A DNA stretch of 64,000 nucleotides from Octopus sinensis. Taxonomy: Eukaryota. The notes below the pieces were generated by a model. The model saw only the letters and a program-made list of their open reading frames with translations, made no database searches and was not told the origin of the DNA. The DNA is taken from NCBI RefSeq assembly GCF_006345805.1, contig NC_043011.1, positions 1,922,001 to 1,986,000 on the forward strand. Reading direction: 5' to 3'. Position numbers and translations under genes: made by a program. Below, piece by piece: positions 23,936 to 36,690 of the stretch; the stretch's first letter is position 1; every line of letters starts with the position of its first letter.

Positions 23936-25379
23936 GATATATGCATACATATATATGTATGTATAAATGAGTAACAAAGATGTACAGGTGTCAATTCATT
24001 ATGGCCATTTCAAGTGGCTTCTTTAATTGATTAATGAAAACATATTTTGCATATTTATAATGTTAAAGCAAAATATAATTAAATATAAATATATAGATGA
24101 AGGCTAGAAGTACACTTAAAATTGTAAAAGGGGATATTTTGAGATATAAGAGAAATATTAAGGCTTTTTGTAAATGGAATGTATAGAATATCCTGATAGA
24201 AACTTATATGATGAATATATAACGGAATATAATATAAATAGATACTTTTAGAATACGTTAAACTGATATCAAAATCATTCTCATTAAATATGGGTGGGTA
24301 AAGGTAGGATATAGTAAAACATGAGATCTAATATATAGGGTAAGTAAATTAGAGATATTAAATATATAAAGGGGTACATTCAGATACAAGATTTAAAAAG
24401 ATTTAGTCCTATAATCACATAATGAATATCATGTATAATAAAAAAAATTATAACAATGTAAGATTACAGTATAGATTGAATTTCATGAAAAAAGTATAAA
24501 TTGTCACAAACTTATAAGCTACAAAAACCATAAAAATATATAAAAGGATATATAAAGGCATGAAATTATAAAAAATATAATATAAGAATTTATAAGATAT
24601 GATGTGTAATTAAAAAATGTATATTGATATAAACTATAAAAACCATGAAAATATATAAACGGATATATAAAGGCATAGAATATAAAAATATAAAATAAAA
24701 AATTTATAAAAATTTATAAAAACACAAAAAATCATTAAAAGCTACAAACAACCTAAAGGCATAAGAAAGATATAAAGAAAAATATAAGATGAAATAAAAA
24801 GATTTTCTTTATAATGGCATTGATATATGGAAAAAGTTATAGCCAGAATGTTCTTTTCAATACAAGATGAAATGAAATATAAATGTACCAAGTTTTAACA
24901 GAGACAAAATTATCTTTGGAAATGGGTTTATAAGATATATGTAGAGTACATCAAAGAAAATGATAAAAGGTAGAATAGTAACAGATCTTAGAGGCTATAT
25001 TTTATCTTTAGGGGAGATGCAAAATAATAAATATATTTTATATCAACCATGATAGAAGAGGCTCACCACTGGGAAAGGGTAAATACATATTGTAATTATT
25101 AAAAGTTTATAGGTCAAAGGGACTAAGGGTCACTAGAATGCATTATTGAACGGGTTTCAACATACAAGGCTCTGAATGATATGGCATCCTGAATAACTTA
25201 TCTCACCAAAAATACAGTATGGTATAATTATTAATTACCTACTTCTAAAGCATTTAAAAGTATGTGTAATCTTAAGATCTAATTTATTATTAATTAGGTT
25301 GTGTTTATCTCTATATTTGATTATTTCCCATATCCCCATATATTTGTGTATGGTTGAGCTCCACACACTATATCCCACT

Positions 25380-26230
25380 TTAGACTGAATGCCACCCAAG
25401 ACACACTAAAACAAACATCCCTTTCAACCTTGCAAGAAGGATATGCACAATAGTGTCAGAACAAAATGCCAGAAACTTTAGACTACAAGAACTCAAAAAC
25501 ACTCTAATTGACAGACACTACCCAGTTCAACTCATAGAGGATGGAATCAGACGTGCAACAGAAATCAACATAGAAACTTTAAGAAAAGTTCAACACATCA
25601 ACATACCTTCCCCGAAAATACTGCCTTACATATCCACATACAACCCCAGAAACAATGAAGCTTTCACCATCATCACTCAGAATTTACCAAGGCTTCATAA
25701 GGACCCCAAATTAAGGGAAATTCTAAACATACATAAAATCATTAAAAGCTACAAACAACCTAAATAACTAAAACAGATCCTCACAAAGGCAAAAATTGTT
25801 TTCTGAAATAACGGATGCAAAAGTAAAAAAATGTGGTAGACCAAACTGCGCAACATGCCCAAACCTTCTAGAAGGATCAGAATTCCTCTTCAAAGAGGGA
25901 CAAAAATTCAAGATCAAATCTAATTTTACTTGTGCTTCAGAAAACCTAATTTATGTCATAAGATGCTCGGGCTGCCACCAAAGCTAATTAGGGTCCACAG
26001 GATTATCGCTCAGATGCAGATGCACTCTACATCGACAACAGATTGCATTCCCAGAATACAGAATGATACCCTTTAGTGAACATATTGAGAAATGCGCAAA
26101 GCAACTACTACCACAATTTTTAATCTTTCCATTCTATCAATGTGCTATTGGAACACCAACACAAATTAGATTAAACAAGGAAACATTCTTCATTGAAAAA
26201 TATAAACCAAAACTTAACCATTTCTAACAT
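25380..26230 (+). mobile_element. Penelope-like element: RT C-terminus, Zn-finger linker and GIY-YIG endonuclease (disrupted)
   Basis: HPRHTKTNIPFNLARRIC, LPYISTYNP, KCGRPNCATC, FTCASENLIYVIRCSGC..*LGST, FIEKYKPKLN; stops at 25765-25767 and 25985-25987. Confidence 0.9.
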
Positions 26231-26569
26231 TTTTATACAAGGAAACTCATCACATTGAAAAAAATATAAAGCGATTATCTACCGGAAGAAATCCTTGCCT
26301 GGAACTCTTCACTTCATAGTGAAGACATGACATGATGTAGGTAAAGAAATTTGAGAAATTTGAAAAGAAAATACGAAATCATTTATTTCTCCAAAAACTA
26401 TGTCGCTATGCACAAAATTTTCTAACATTTTTCTAACGACTTAAATATATACTTTAACCTTATAACACAAGTCTTCTGTAGTTTTTTCACCCTTTTAAAA
26501 AGTTTTTATACTTCCAATCACGTGCTTTCACACACCAACTCTCCCACCTATATATATATATATACATAC

Positions 26570-26795
26570 ATATAAATGTAGAGAGAAATTAGGATTAAAA
26601 GAAGGAAAAAGAAGAAAGTATAAGAAGAAAATAAATGTAAGATCCCTGGATCTTACACACACACACACACACACACAGATATATATGTGTATGTGTGTGT
26701 GTATATGTGTAAGATCCAAGGATCTTACATTTATTTTCTTTTTATACTTTCTTCTTTTTCCTTCTTTTAATCCTAATTTCTCTCTACATTTATAT
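26570..26795. repeat. Fold-back palindrome, about 90-bp arms, with a (CA)n/(TG)n centre
   Basis: 26570-26660 vs reverse complement of 26706-26795: 2 mismatches by eye. Confidence 0.9.
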
Positions 26796-26896
26796 TCTCC
26801 ACTCTTACTTTACTCTCTACATATTCTGGTTAAATCTTCCATATGTTAGCATTTACCTTTCTGTGGTTATATAAACTTTCATTTAATCAATATATC

Positions 26897-26986
26897 CTTG
26901 GGCTGAAGAGTAGCCTGCAGTATACACCTCGCCTAGATATTTACTACTTCTGAGGTTCTGCTCGCTATGAAACATATGCAGCCCAG
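26897..26986 (+). ncRNA. Decayed type I hammerhead with an extended stem II, downstream of the PLE ORF
   Basis: TGGG-CTGAAGA-GTAGC..GCAG..CCTCG..TGAGG..CTGC..GCTAT-GAAA-CATATG-CA-GCCCA; cleavage triplet not canonical. Confidence 0.7.
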
Positions 26987-27019
26987 ATTTTATGTACTCC
27001 ATTCCATAGCTCTTGAATA

Positions 27020-27081
27020 TATATCTATATGTATATATATATATATAATATATATATATATGTATATGTATATATGTATAC

Positions 27082-27159
<78 letters not shown>

Positions 27160-27170
27160 ATATATATATA

Positions 27171-27249
<79 letters not shown>

Positions 27250-27310
27250 TGTGTGTTGTATGTGTGTATGTGCATATGTGTGTGTGTGTGTGCATGTGCG
27301 TGCATGTGTG
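27020..27310. repeat. Long (TA)n then (TG)n microsatellite
   Basis: Seen directly. Confidence 0.95.
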
Positions 27311-27556
27311 ATGTATATCAGTAAATGAAATAATGCTCTAATTAATTGAAAATGTCTGACTTCCAATATCCAAAGATACTCTTTTAAGGGAATTAGTTTA
27401 AAAAGAGTCAACAACTAACTCTCCTTGAAATTTTAGAATTCAAAAGACACTCATTTTATAAACAATGAAATGATAACTAATTCTTAAGACATCAGTTCCT
27501 TATGCCATCATTTTCCATTGCATATATACATTTGTATATGTACACACACACATATA

Positions 27557-27955
27557 TATCTCTTTTACTCTTTTACTTGTTTCAGTCATTTGACTGTGGC
27601 CATGCTGGAGCACTGCCTTTAGTCGAGCAAATCAACCCCGGGACTTATTCTTTGTAAGCCCAGTACTTATTCTATCGGTCTCTTTTGCCAAACCGCTAAG
27701 TGACGGGGACGTAAACACACCAGCATCGGTTGTCAGACACACAAACACAGACACACAAACATATACACACATATATATATATACATATATACGACAGGCT
27801 TCTTTCAGTTTCTGTCTACCAAATCCACTCACAAGGCATTGGTCGGCCCGGGGCTATAGCAGAAGACACTTGCCCAAGGTGCCACGCAGTGGGATTGAAC
27901 CCGGAACCATGTGGTTGGTTAGCAAGCTACTTACCACACAGCCACTCCTGTGCCT
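27557..27955 (-). mobile_element. SINE family B, full length
   Basis: Reverse complement of 28996-29402; CORE-like ACCTTGGGCAAGT segment. Confidence 0.88.
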
Positions 27956-28049
27956 ATCTATATCTGTGTATATTTTACTACATCATGTTCTTGTACCTAG
28001 CAAACCAGCGATTATGAGTTGGTGTAAGCATCCATTATAACTTATATAT

Positions 28050-29700
28050 AAATGGTACCATTTTTACAACTATCATAACCTTATTACAACTGTGTATTAT
28101 TTGATTATTTGCCTTCTACTATAGTAAGTAATGCAAGTCAAACTTTCTCCAAAAGAAAGAGGAAGTTGTATGGCTTCAACAAAACAAAAATTAAGATGTC
28201 ACCTACTGTGAATCTTACTTGAAGAAATGCAAATAAATTGATGCATAAAAGACATAATATGAGAATATATCTCAATTCATGATGAAAATAAAGTTAACAG
28301 AAAATGAACAACTAAAAGTATTGGCAATTTTACTCATGATAACATTCCCTTTATACTGATTATCTTTTAATGGTGTATATGAAAGAAAATTTTTGGACAG
28401 TTAGGTTGCTCGAAAATTATCAACGAAAAGTACAAAATTTTTGTATGTCATTCAGGATGAAATAACCTTTCCCCATAACTGATGAAATTACAATCTTTTA
28501 ATTTTCCATATTTTCTTGACTGTGGTTGTGAGATACTTTAATCTGAAATGCATGATTTAATACGCATTGTTAGATACAGTTGTCAAAAAGTAATGGCTCT
28601 TGTTCTTACAATGCTGTTAAGTTTATCTTGCATGCAAAAAATATTCCTCTAGAAAATATTATTGGATTGACAAATGATAATTGGTCTTCCATGATAGGTA
28701 CCAAAAGTGGGCTCCAGAAATTGTAAAGTTGATGTCATTTGTTATTTATATTATGATATTTGTCTGTCATTCTGTCACTCGTCATGTTGTCACTGTAGTG
28801 CTGTCATACTTAGAAGCTTTCATAAAAGATTAAACACATAATTTTTTTTACACTGCAGCAAAAAACATTGAGAGTTCAAACTTATTCAGGAATTTGTTGC
28901 AGCAACTTTCTACAAGAGATCCTTTTCTTGAGTTGTTACAATGATATTGCAATAATTTGATGCTTTTATTGAACTGAAGTGAATTGAAAGTTGACAGGCG
29001 TAGGAGTGGCTGTGTGGTAAGTAGCTTGCTTATGAACTACATGGTTCCAGGTTCAGTCCCACTGCGTGGTACCTTGGGCAAGTGTCTTCTGCTATAGCCT
29101 GGGGCCGACCAAAGCCTTGTGAGTGAATTTGGGAGATGGAAACTGAAAGAAGCCTGTCGTATATATATATATATGTATGTGTGCATATACGTTTGTGTGT
29201 CTGTGTTTGTTCCCCCAACATCGCTTGACAACCGATGCTGGTGTGTTTATGTCCCCGTAACTTAGCAGTTTGGCAAGAGAGACCTATAGAATAAGTACTA
29301 GGCTTACAAAGAATAAGTCCTGGAGTTGATTTGCTCAACTAAAGGCAGTGCTCCAGCATGGCCACAGTCAAATGACTAAAACAAGTAAAAGAGTAAAGAG
29401 TAAATGTCATTGGTGTCAGGTGAATTTATAAGATATGGAGCAATTATGGAATCAAGCACATGTTGCTTTTCCATCAGGGTGTATTACAGGAAGTAAATTT
29501 ACTGAATGTTGAATTCCACTCAGAGCAGTTTGTAATGATATCATTGAAAAACATATTTGCTTGAGTTTCTTTATTTAAGATGAATTACTGAACAATGAAA
29601 ATAATTACAGAAACATTACTTGGAGGAAAAACAACAGTAGATTTAATTTTTGAAACTTTTGATAATGAAATTAGTGTTAGAAGATCAAAACTGGTTCTTT
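28050..29700 (+). mobile_element. Decayed hAT-like transposase, interrupted by a SINE
   Basis: IPLENIIGLTNDNWSSMIGTKSGLQKL resembles the hAT (S/T)DGA..M.G...G region, followed by a decayed C..H. Confidence 0.5.
28996..29402 (+). mobile_element. SINE family B, full length
   Basis: tRNA-like head, CORE-like segment, internal microsatellite, (GTAAAAGA)n tail. Confidence 0.88.
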
Positions 29701-32332
29701 GAAATTCATTGTGGAACTTTGAATTCAAATAAGAAATTTTTTCCTTTGGTTGAACAGAAAAGACAATAATATCAAATGTACCTTAGAACCCAAGCATATC
29801 TTCCACGTCTGTCACTTTTCCAGCTGTTCATTTCCTATCCATTGTGCCAGAAAATAGTTTTACTTTTAGTGATTCAGGGACACTTTACCTAACTCTAATG
29901 ATATATATTTCTGAATTCAAGTACAAGAGATGATTTGTTATCCAATTGTATAAGCAACTCAACTGTTTACATTCTTCAGCATTTATTATACCAATATTAA
30001 TGAACTGTGTCAAAATGAGAAACTCAAATTTCTTAAAAACAAAACCATTAAAGGAAGAAATCTATTACTAGAAATGCAATGGAATGCAATATATGGAAGA
30101 CTAAACAAGAACAATCAAAGACTTACTATACGCTGCAAGCAAAATAAGCTTGGAAAGAAAAAGGGAACACTGAGATTAAGGAACCATTTACTGTTTTAAG
30201 AGGAATTGAAGAAGATGAATAATTATTGTGTCCTAAATATAAAAATAAGCAGATTAGCAAATAAATATAAGCAGAATACTAGTATATTTCCTATCAAGCA
30301 TCAAATTTTCATAATCTGGGTTTGATTTTCTTTTGAGATCTGGCTTTTTATCCAAGCCTGATCTGAGATTTCCCTGGAAATCTTATTTGTTGATCTTGAC
30401 TATGATGTGGGAAATGGATCCAACTATTATCATTGCACATTATAAAATTTGAATGCCTCGTTGCTTTCCTTCGGCAAGGAATTACATGGTGGATCTATTT
30501 CAACAGTCAAAAACAAAGTCTTTCCTCTGACCAAATCTCAAAAGTATCTTCAAGTACCACATGATACAATAGGTAAGAGTAGGATGAGATATTTTGCCTT
30601 TTAGGGTATTAGCTGAATGGTCAATTAAATTGGTAAGCATTGATACAACTACACTCCATTTTCAACAGTTCATTCAAAGTAATGTGAAGAAGCATTTAAA
30701 CATTTTGTGGAGTTTTTTATCTTACCTATTGGGTTGATCCATTTTGATGATACATTCACAAACACACACACAGACACACGCGCACACACACACACAAAAT
30801 ATATATAATTAATAGTTTAAAGAAAACAGAGAGTATACATAGAATAATAGTTCTTCAATCATAGTGCAGTCAATTAATAAGTTCTTATTTTTTCACCTAC
30901 ATTACGTTTCGGCCAATTGTTATTGTCCATATTTGCACACTTAAAGTGCATTATAATGTTATAAAACAATGACCTCTTCTAGACATATTGGCTGCTACTT
31001 TTTTGCTTCCCTCGACAGGAGAATATATTCTGACTGAATGGTTAGCTTTTAGTTCTTTTGTGTAACTGTGTGTTTGATGTAGTTCTAAAAATATCTCAAA
31101 ACTGACTTTTTGATCCTACTGGTCAAAGGAAGAATCTGCTGCCAAGAAACTGGGTCATGTAACTATTCCACAACACTTATTGGTTTATTTGATAAACGCT
31201 TTAATCATTGTTTATAGCAAGTTGATGCAGGTTGTTTATCCGACCCCTTCCAACTCTTAATTCTAGCAACTGAAAAAAACCCACATTATCTTGGGGATGA
31301 CCCAATCTATACTATAATGGAGAAAACTGCTTATTAATTAGATATGTAATAATTACTAAAAGAAAGCAATTATTAAAGGGTTGACTGTCTGGAAATATTT
31401 TTATAAATACATGTTCTAAGAAATTGCCTATAATTTTGACTTCTGAAGTTTATTGAATGTTTTTAACTCCAAATTCTCACAAATTTAAATATTCATTGCA
31501 TTCACTGTGTCCTATTCTTCATGAATTTAAATATTCATTGCATTTACTGCGGAGTAGATTTTAATGTTGAATAATAAACACTGTTAATTCATTGCAGGCA
31601 ACATTTTACATTTTTATTTGCAACAGTCTCTCATTCTCATTAACCCCTATTTTCATTAATGATAATTTAATAATAGCTATATAATTATGATACGAGACAC
31701 AATTTCAAGAATATTACCAATTTCTGGACGATGCTAAATGAATATTTTTGATAAAATGAGAATTTTTTAATATACCGGTATAATTTTAAAGTGATTTTCT
31801 GTTGAATGAATGTATGCTATTACACAAAATAGCTGTATAACTTTGATATGAGGCACAATTTCAAGAATATTATCAGTTTCCAGAGTTTATTAAATGAATA
31901 TTTTTGATAAAATGAAAGTTCTTTAATATACCGGTAAATTTTTTTTTCTAATGAAGAAGTGATTTTGTTGGTGTGGCTACTTGAAACGATATAAGCCTTA
32001 CAATAACATTTATGTAATCGCTGTTATTTCTAGATTGCTAAAAAAGACAGTTTTTAATGAACTTTCATTTATATATAAAATGTGACTGAAAAAGAAAATT
32101 TAGCAGTAAAGGCACAATGGCAGAGAGAAAGACAGGCAACTGAGTCAGATGCAACCAAACCAAAGTGAGTGAAACAGATGCCTGAATATGCATGGAGACA
32201 TAAACATGATTCTGTTTCTGCTACACATGACCGACTGGTTAGGGTATCTTGAAAAGAGAATATTCTACTTCAAAATAATGGTGTCAGATCACAGATTGTT
32301 GATGCAACACTAAAGAGATCTTTACTTTAAAT

Positions 32333-32727
32333 AGTGGTGGCTGTGTGGTAAGTAGCTTGTTTACCAACCACATGGCTCCAGGTTCAGTCCCACTGTGTGG
32401 CACCTTGGGCAAGTGTCTTCTACTATAGCCTCGGGCCGACCAAAGCCTTGTCAGTGGATTTGGTAGACGGAAACTGAAAGAAGCCCGTCATATATATATG
32501 TATATATATATACGTTTGTGTGTCTGTGTTTGTCCCCCTAGCATTGCTTGACAACTGATGCTGGTGTGTTTATGTCCCCGTTACTTAGCTGTTCGGCAAA
32601 AGAAACTGATAGAATAAGTACTGGGCTTACAAAAGAATAAGTCCCGGGGTCGAGTTGCTCAATTAAAGGCAGTGCTCCAGCATGGCCGCAGTCAAATGAC
32701 TGAAACAAGTAAAAGAGTAAAAGAGAG
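32333..32727 (+). mobile_element. SINE family B inside the Helitron
   Basis: Collinear with 28996-29402. Confidence 0.88.
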
Positions 32728-33257
32728 TAAAGTGGCATTGACAACCAAGAAGGTCATTCTGATGAAAGTGAGTTTGCTAATTACCTTCAAAATCAAACTA
32801 CCCAATGCCTTTGCCTTAAAAGTGTTACTCTTTCAGATCTATGTGATTTTGTATATGTTGACCTCAAAATTAACTTCACAAACCCTGTGTGGCTTGCAAA
32901 TAGAACCATAGTTACTCCAACAAATGAAGCAGCACAATTTGTGAATGATTTTCTGTTGACCAGGATTCCTGGTGAGCTAAAACTATACAGAAACTCAGAT
33001 ACAGTTAATAATGGAACTCACCAATCAAGTTCATCAACAAATTTACACCATTAGAGTTTCCACAACACATTCTCAAACTGAAGAAAAATTATGCATAATG
33101 CTTCTGAGAAATTTAGATGCTACTAATGGATATCCTTGTCATTTACATGATCAGGTTATTGAGGTTGAGGTTGAGATTGCTTCTGGTCCTTATGCAGGAT
33201 CAACTCTGCTAATCCTAAGAATACCACATGTATCTCAAGAAATGGAATTTCCATTCA

Positions 33258-33434
33258 CGGCACATAAAAAGCACCCACTACACTCACGGAGTGGTTGGCG
33301 TTAGGAAGGTCATCCAGCTGTAGAAACACTGCCAGATCAGGCTGGAGCCTGGTGCAGCCTCCTGGCTTCCCAGACCCCGGTCGAACTGTTCAACCCGTGC
33401 TAGCACAGAAAATGGATGTTAAACGATGATGATT
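33258..33434 (+). mobile_element. RTE 3' tail inside the Helitron helicase
   Basis: Splits ..EMEFPFT from ..KQTFVLTCIKAQGQT. Confidence 0.85.
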
Positions 33435-33602
33435 TACCTGCAAACAATTTCATGTGAAGCAAACATTTGTCTTGACCTGCATCAAGGCCCAGGGACAGAC
33501 TTTTGAACAAATTGGAATCTATCTTCTGACACAATTCTTCTCACATGGTCAGTTGTATGTTGCATTATCTAGAGTTCGAAAGAAGGCTAATGTAAAAATA
33601 TT

Positions 33603-33998
33603 CTTTTCTATTCTAGGCAAAAGGCCCAAAATTTTTGGGAAGGGTGGCAGAGTCGATTAGATCAACCCCAATATGCAACTAGTACTTAATTTATCAACCC
33701 TGAAAGGATGAAAGACAAAGTCGACCTTGGTGGAATTTGAACTCAGAACATAATGACAGATGAAATACCTATTTCTTTACTACCCACAAGGGGCTAAACA
33801 CAGAGAAGACAAACAAGGTCAGACAAATTTATTAAGTCGATTATATCGACCCCAGTAACTGATACTTATTTAATCGACCCCGAAAGGATGAAAGACAAAG
33901 TCGACCTCGGTGGAATTTGAACTCAGAACGTAATGGCAGATGAAATACTGCAAGGCATTTCACCCAGCCTGCTAACGTTTCTGCCAGCTCGCTGCATT
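33603..33998 (-). mobile_element. Dimeric SINE family A with two different tails
   Basis: 16-bp TSD CTAATGTAAAAATATT at 33587-33602 and 33999-34014; body AAAGGATGAAAGACAAAGTCGACC occurs twice. Confidence 0.85.
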
Positions 33999-34691
33999 CT
34001 AATGTAAAAATATTGGCTGAGAGAAATAAAAACTGACAATTGCATCTACATGCTTTCTAGCAAGTTTCAGTAAATAGAATTAACACATAAATTACATATA
34101 TAAAGTAACATATTTGTGTGGAATTAAATTGTTTTGGCATATTTCAGCACATGCCGAATGAAGGATATCGTTATATTAGACCATTTTAAATTTGAATATA
34201 TTTGAAAAAGTGAGGCAACGTCATTATCATGTGTTTTCACGGCACCAAACTTGTGTGTGTGTGTGTGCGTGTGTGAGTGTGTGTGAGTGCATGTGTGTGT
34301 GTGAGTGTGTGTGTGTGTATCCCTCTTTCCATCTATCTATCTATCTATCTATGCACACCTATGTAAGTTCTACCAATTATTAATGATAAATATATATAGC
34401 AGATTGACTCTTTACAAAAGAGAGATTATGACTGATAAAATAATGAAAGCAATATTTACTAAGCAAGTGAGCACTATTATACAAAGGAATAATTAGACGT
34501 AAAATATCATAAAATTATTAGAATTGGGAAACAAATATGGAAATATTATTGAGTGACTAGCAGAAAATCGTGTGGAGGGTGGTCTTTCTGCTATTATATA
34601 TAATGTGTTTTATTTAGGTACATAAATGTTTTCTTCAACACCACTGTTAGATACATCATGGGAATATCTCTTCTGAAAATAAAGAAATTAG

Positions 34692-35118
34692 GGATCTTTG
34701 CAGTTTGAACGGCAGTTTTTAACATAATTTCTAGGTAACTAAAAAATTCTAAACTTCGTATATTGGTAGAATGTATTTATAAAACATCTTTTTCTCTTGG
34801 CTTTATTGAGAAAATTCTATAGTTTGTAAGATATTTGTTGTTTTTTTTCTTCAATTTCTGCAATTTCAACCAATCAGTGATGTCTATTGAGGTAAAAACA
34901 TTCTGTGCCGTATTAATATGTCCCTTGTTTAAGAAACAGATTAGGTTTATTTACATTTGTGAAGAAAAAAAGATACCCTTCCCCCACCCCTAACCCTAAC
35001 CCTAACCCTAACCCTAAAACAGATTGAAATGCAATAGATCAATACTAGGGTCATCATTATGGGTGAAAATTTCATATGACACCGCTAGAAAAAACTGCCG
35101 TTCAAACCGAAAAGATCC
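34692..35118. mobile_element. MITE with GG-starting 29-bp TIRs, 8-bp TSD and internal (CCCTAA)5
   Basis: TIR GGATCTTT(G/T)C(A/G)GTTTGAACGGCAGTTTTT; TSD GAAATTAG / GAAATTAT; second copy at 52605-53043. Confidence 0.9.
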
Positions 35119-36048
35119 GAAATTATAATTAATATTTTGATGGTGAGTATAGTGGTTTGGAAGAACTTGGAAGGGCTTCAAATGAAATGGTTTGCATTAT
35201 TGATTTCCCCTCTTTTCATTCCAAATTCGAATCCTCTGTAGGTCAACACTATCTTTAAACCTTCTAGTGTAGATAAATCAAAATACTATTAAAATACTAG
35301 GTTTAATTTAAGATGCTGTTGTTCTGTAGTAGGTTCCAGTGTTTCGTATGGTGCTATAGAGTTTAAATCCCTCACACAGACACACACACACACACATACA
35401 CACACACACACAAACACACACACACAAGCACACGCACACACACACACCACATCCAAGGTATAAATAAAAAGAAAAAAGATTATTATTATTACTCTGGTGT
35501 CACAATTGCGTCACTTGTAATTTCAAAATATAACGTCAGCTTAAAATTTTGTCTAATGACTCAATATTGTATCAATGATAGCTGATGAAATTAAAGTAAA
35601 CAGTTTGTGTAATATTAAAAAACTTAATATTAAATTTCTCGTATGAGGATTTGAAAATTTCATTTGTATTTCAGTTAACAAACGGCAAAGATTTAGAAAA
35701 AATCTCATTTGTCATGTAAAATAAATAGATTAAAAAAAGGTCGATATATTTGATGTATGTTATATATTTGTTATATTTTCCATATCAGAAAAGTATTAAA
35801 GAGGTATGAGGAAAACAATAAATGAATGCAAACAGTATTAATAAGAATTTCATAAAGACATACCTGTCTAAGGATGTTGTGTTAGAAAGGTGAAAACTAC
35901 GCTTTCTAATAGATGTCCTCAGTTTAATGTCAAAACACTTTTGTTGTGGTTTTGTTTTTGTATTCTATCAAATTTATGCTGAAGAAAATTATCATGAAAT
36001 ATAATTCATGCTTACTATTTTACACACACACAAACACATGCACACGCA

Positions 36049-36084
<36 letters not shown>

Positions 36085-36097
36085 CACGCACACACAA

Positions 36098-36128
<31 letters not shown>

Positions 36129-36139
36129 GTTGCCTTACC

Positions 36140-36690
36140 AGAAATACAGCACAAAACCAAACTGCATCTCATCTTGGCTAACTCTCTCCCTAATTAGTTG
36201 GGCTATGACCCTCTCCATAATTTTCATCAGCTGATGCAACGATTTGATACCTCGGTAATTATTTCTATCTAATATATCTAATATCTTTACCTTTGTAGCA
36301 ATTGATTATGGTGCTGCTATACTAGTCATTGGGTATGACTCCTTCATGAATCACCTGATTTACAATATGAGTAACTAGACCATAACCCACACCACCGAAT
36401 ATTTTAAGCATCTCAGCAGTTATTCCCAATGGGCCGGGGGGGCTTTTCTTGTCTTCATGTCCTTAATTACTTTATATACCAGTGTACTGTTAATTCAGGG
36501 AGCTGGTCCCTCAATTAAGTCAACATTTGGTAGACTCTCTTCCTCCCATTTGTTCGCTACATTCAGTAGTCTTTCATAATGGCTTCTCCAAGCCTCTTTC
36601 TTTTCAGAATCACTAAATGCAAGTGCACCATCATCCATGCAGACACATTTCTCTCCTTAGGCATCTCAATTTTCTCTCACTCACTGATAG
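36140..36690 (-). mobile_element. RTE LINE fragment (linker and RT N-terminus)
   Basis: Minus strand EAWRSHYERLLNV..WEEESLPNVD.IEGP and DRNNYRGIK.LHQLMKIMERV. Confidence 0.8.

Larger units (their letters stand above)
31670..34200 (+). mobile_element. Helitron remnant with PIF1-like helicase C-terminus (coding about 32230-33600), three nested insertions
   Basis: GVRSQIVDATLKRS, WLANRTIVTPTN, IMLLRNLD, KAQGQTFEQIGIYL..FFSHGQLYVALSRV. Confidence 0.85.

Noticed and set aside
25140-25200. Possible minus-strand hammerhead upstream of the PLE ORF
   Set aside because: GAAACCCGTT and partial stems present, but the CUGANGA core needs several changes; too decayed to count
29770-29835. Possible minus-strand exon WKSDRRGRYAWVLR
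   Set aside because: Short, weak polypyrimidine tract, no independent support
34988-35017. (CCCTAA)n as a chromosome end or fusion scar
   Set aside because: Only 4-5 units, internal to a MITE and present in both copies
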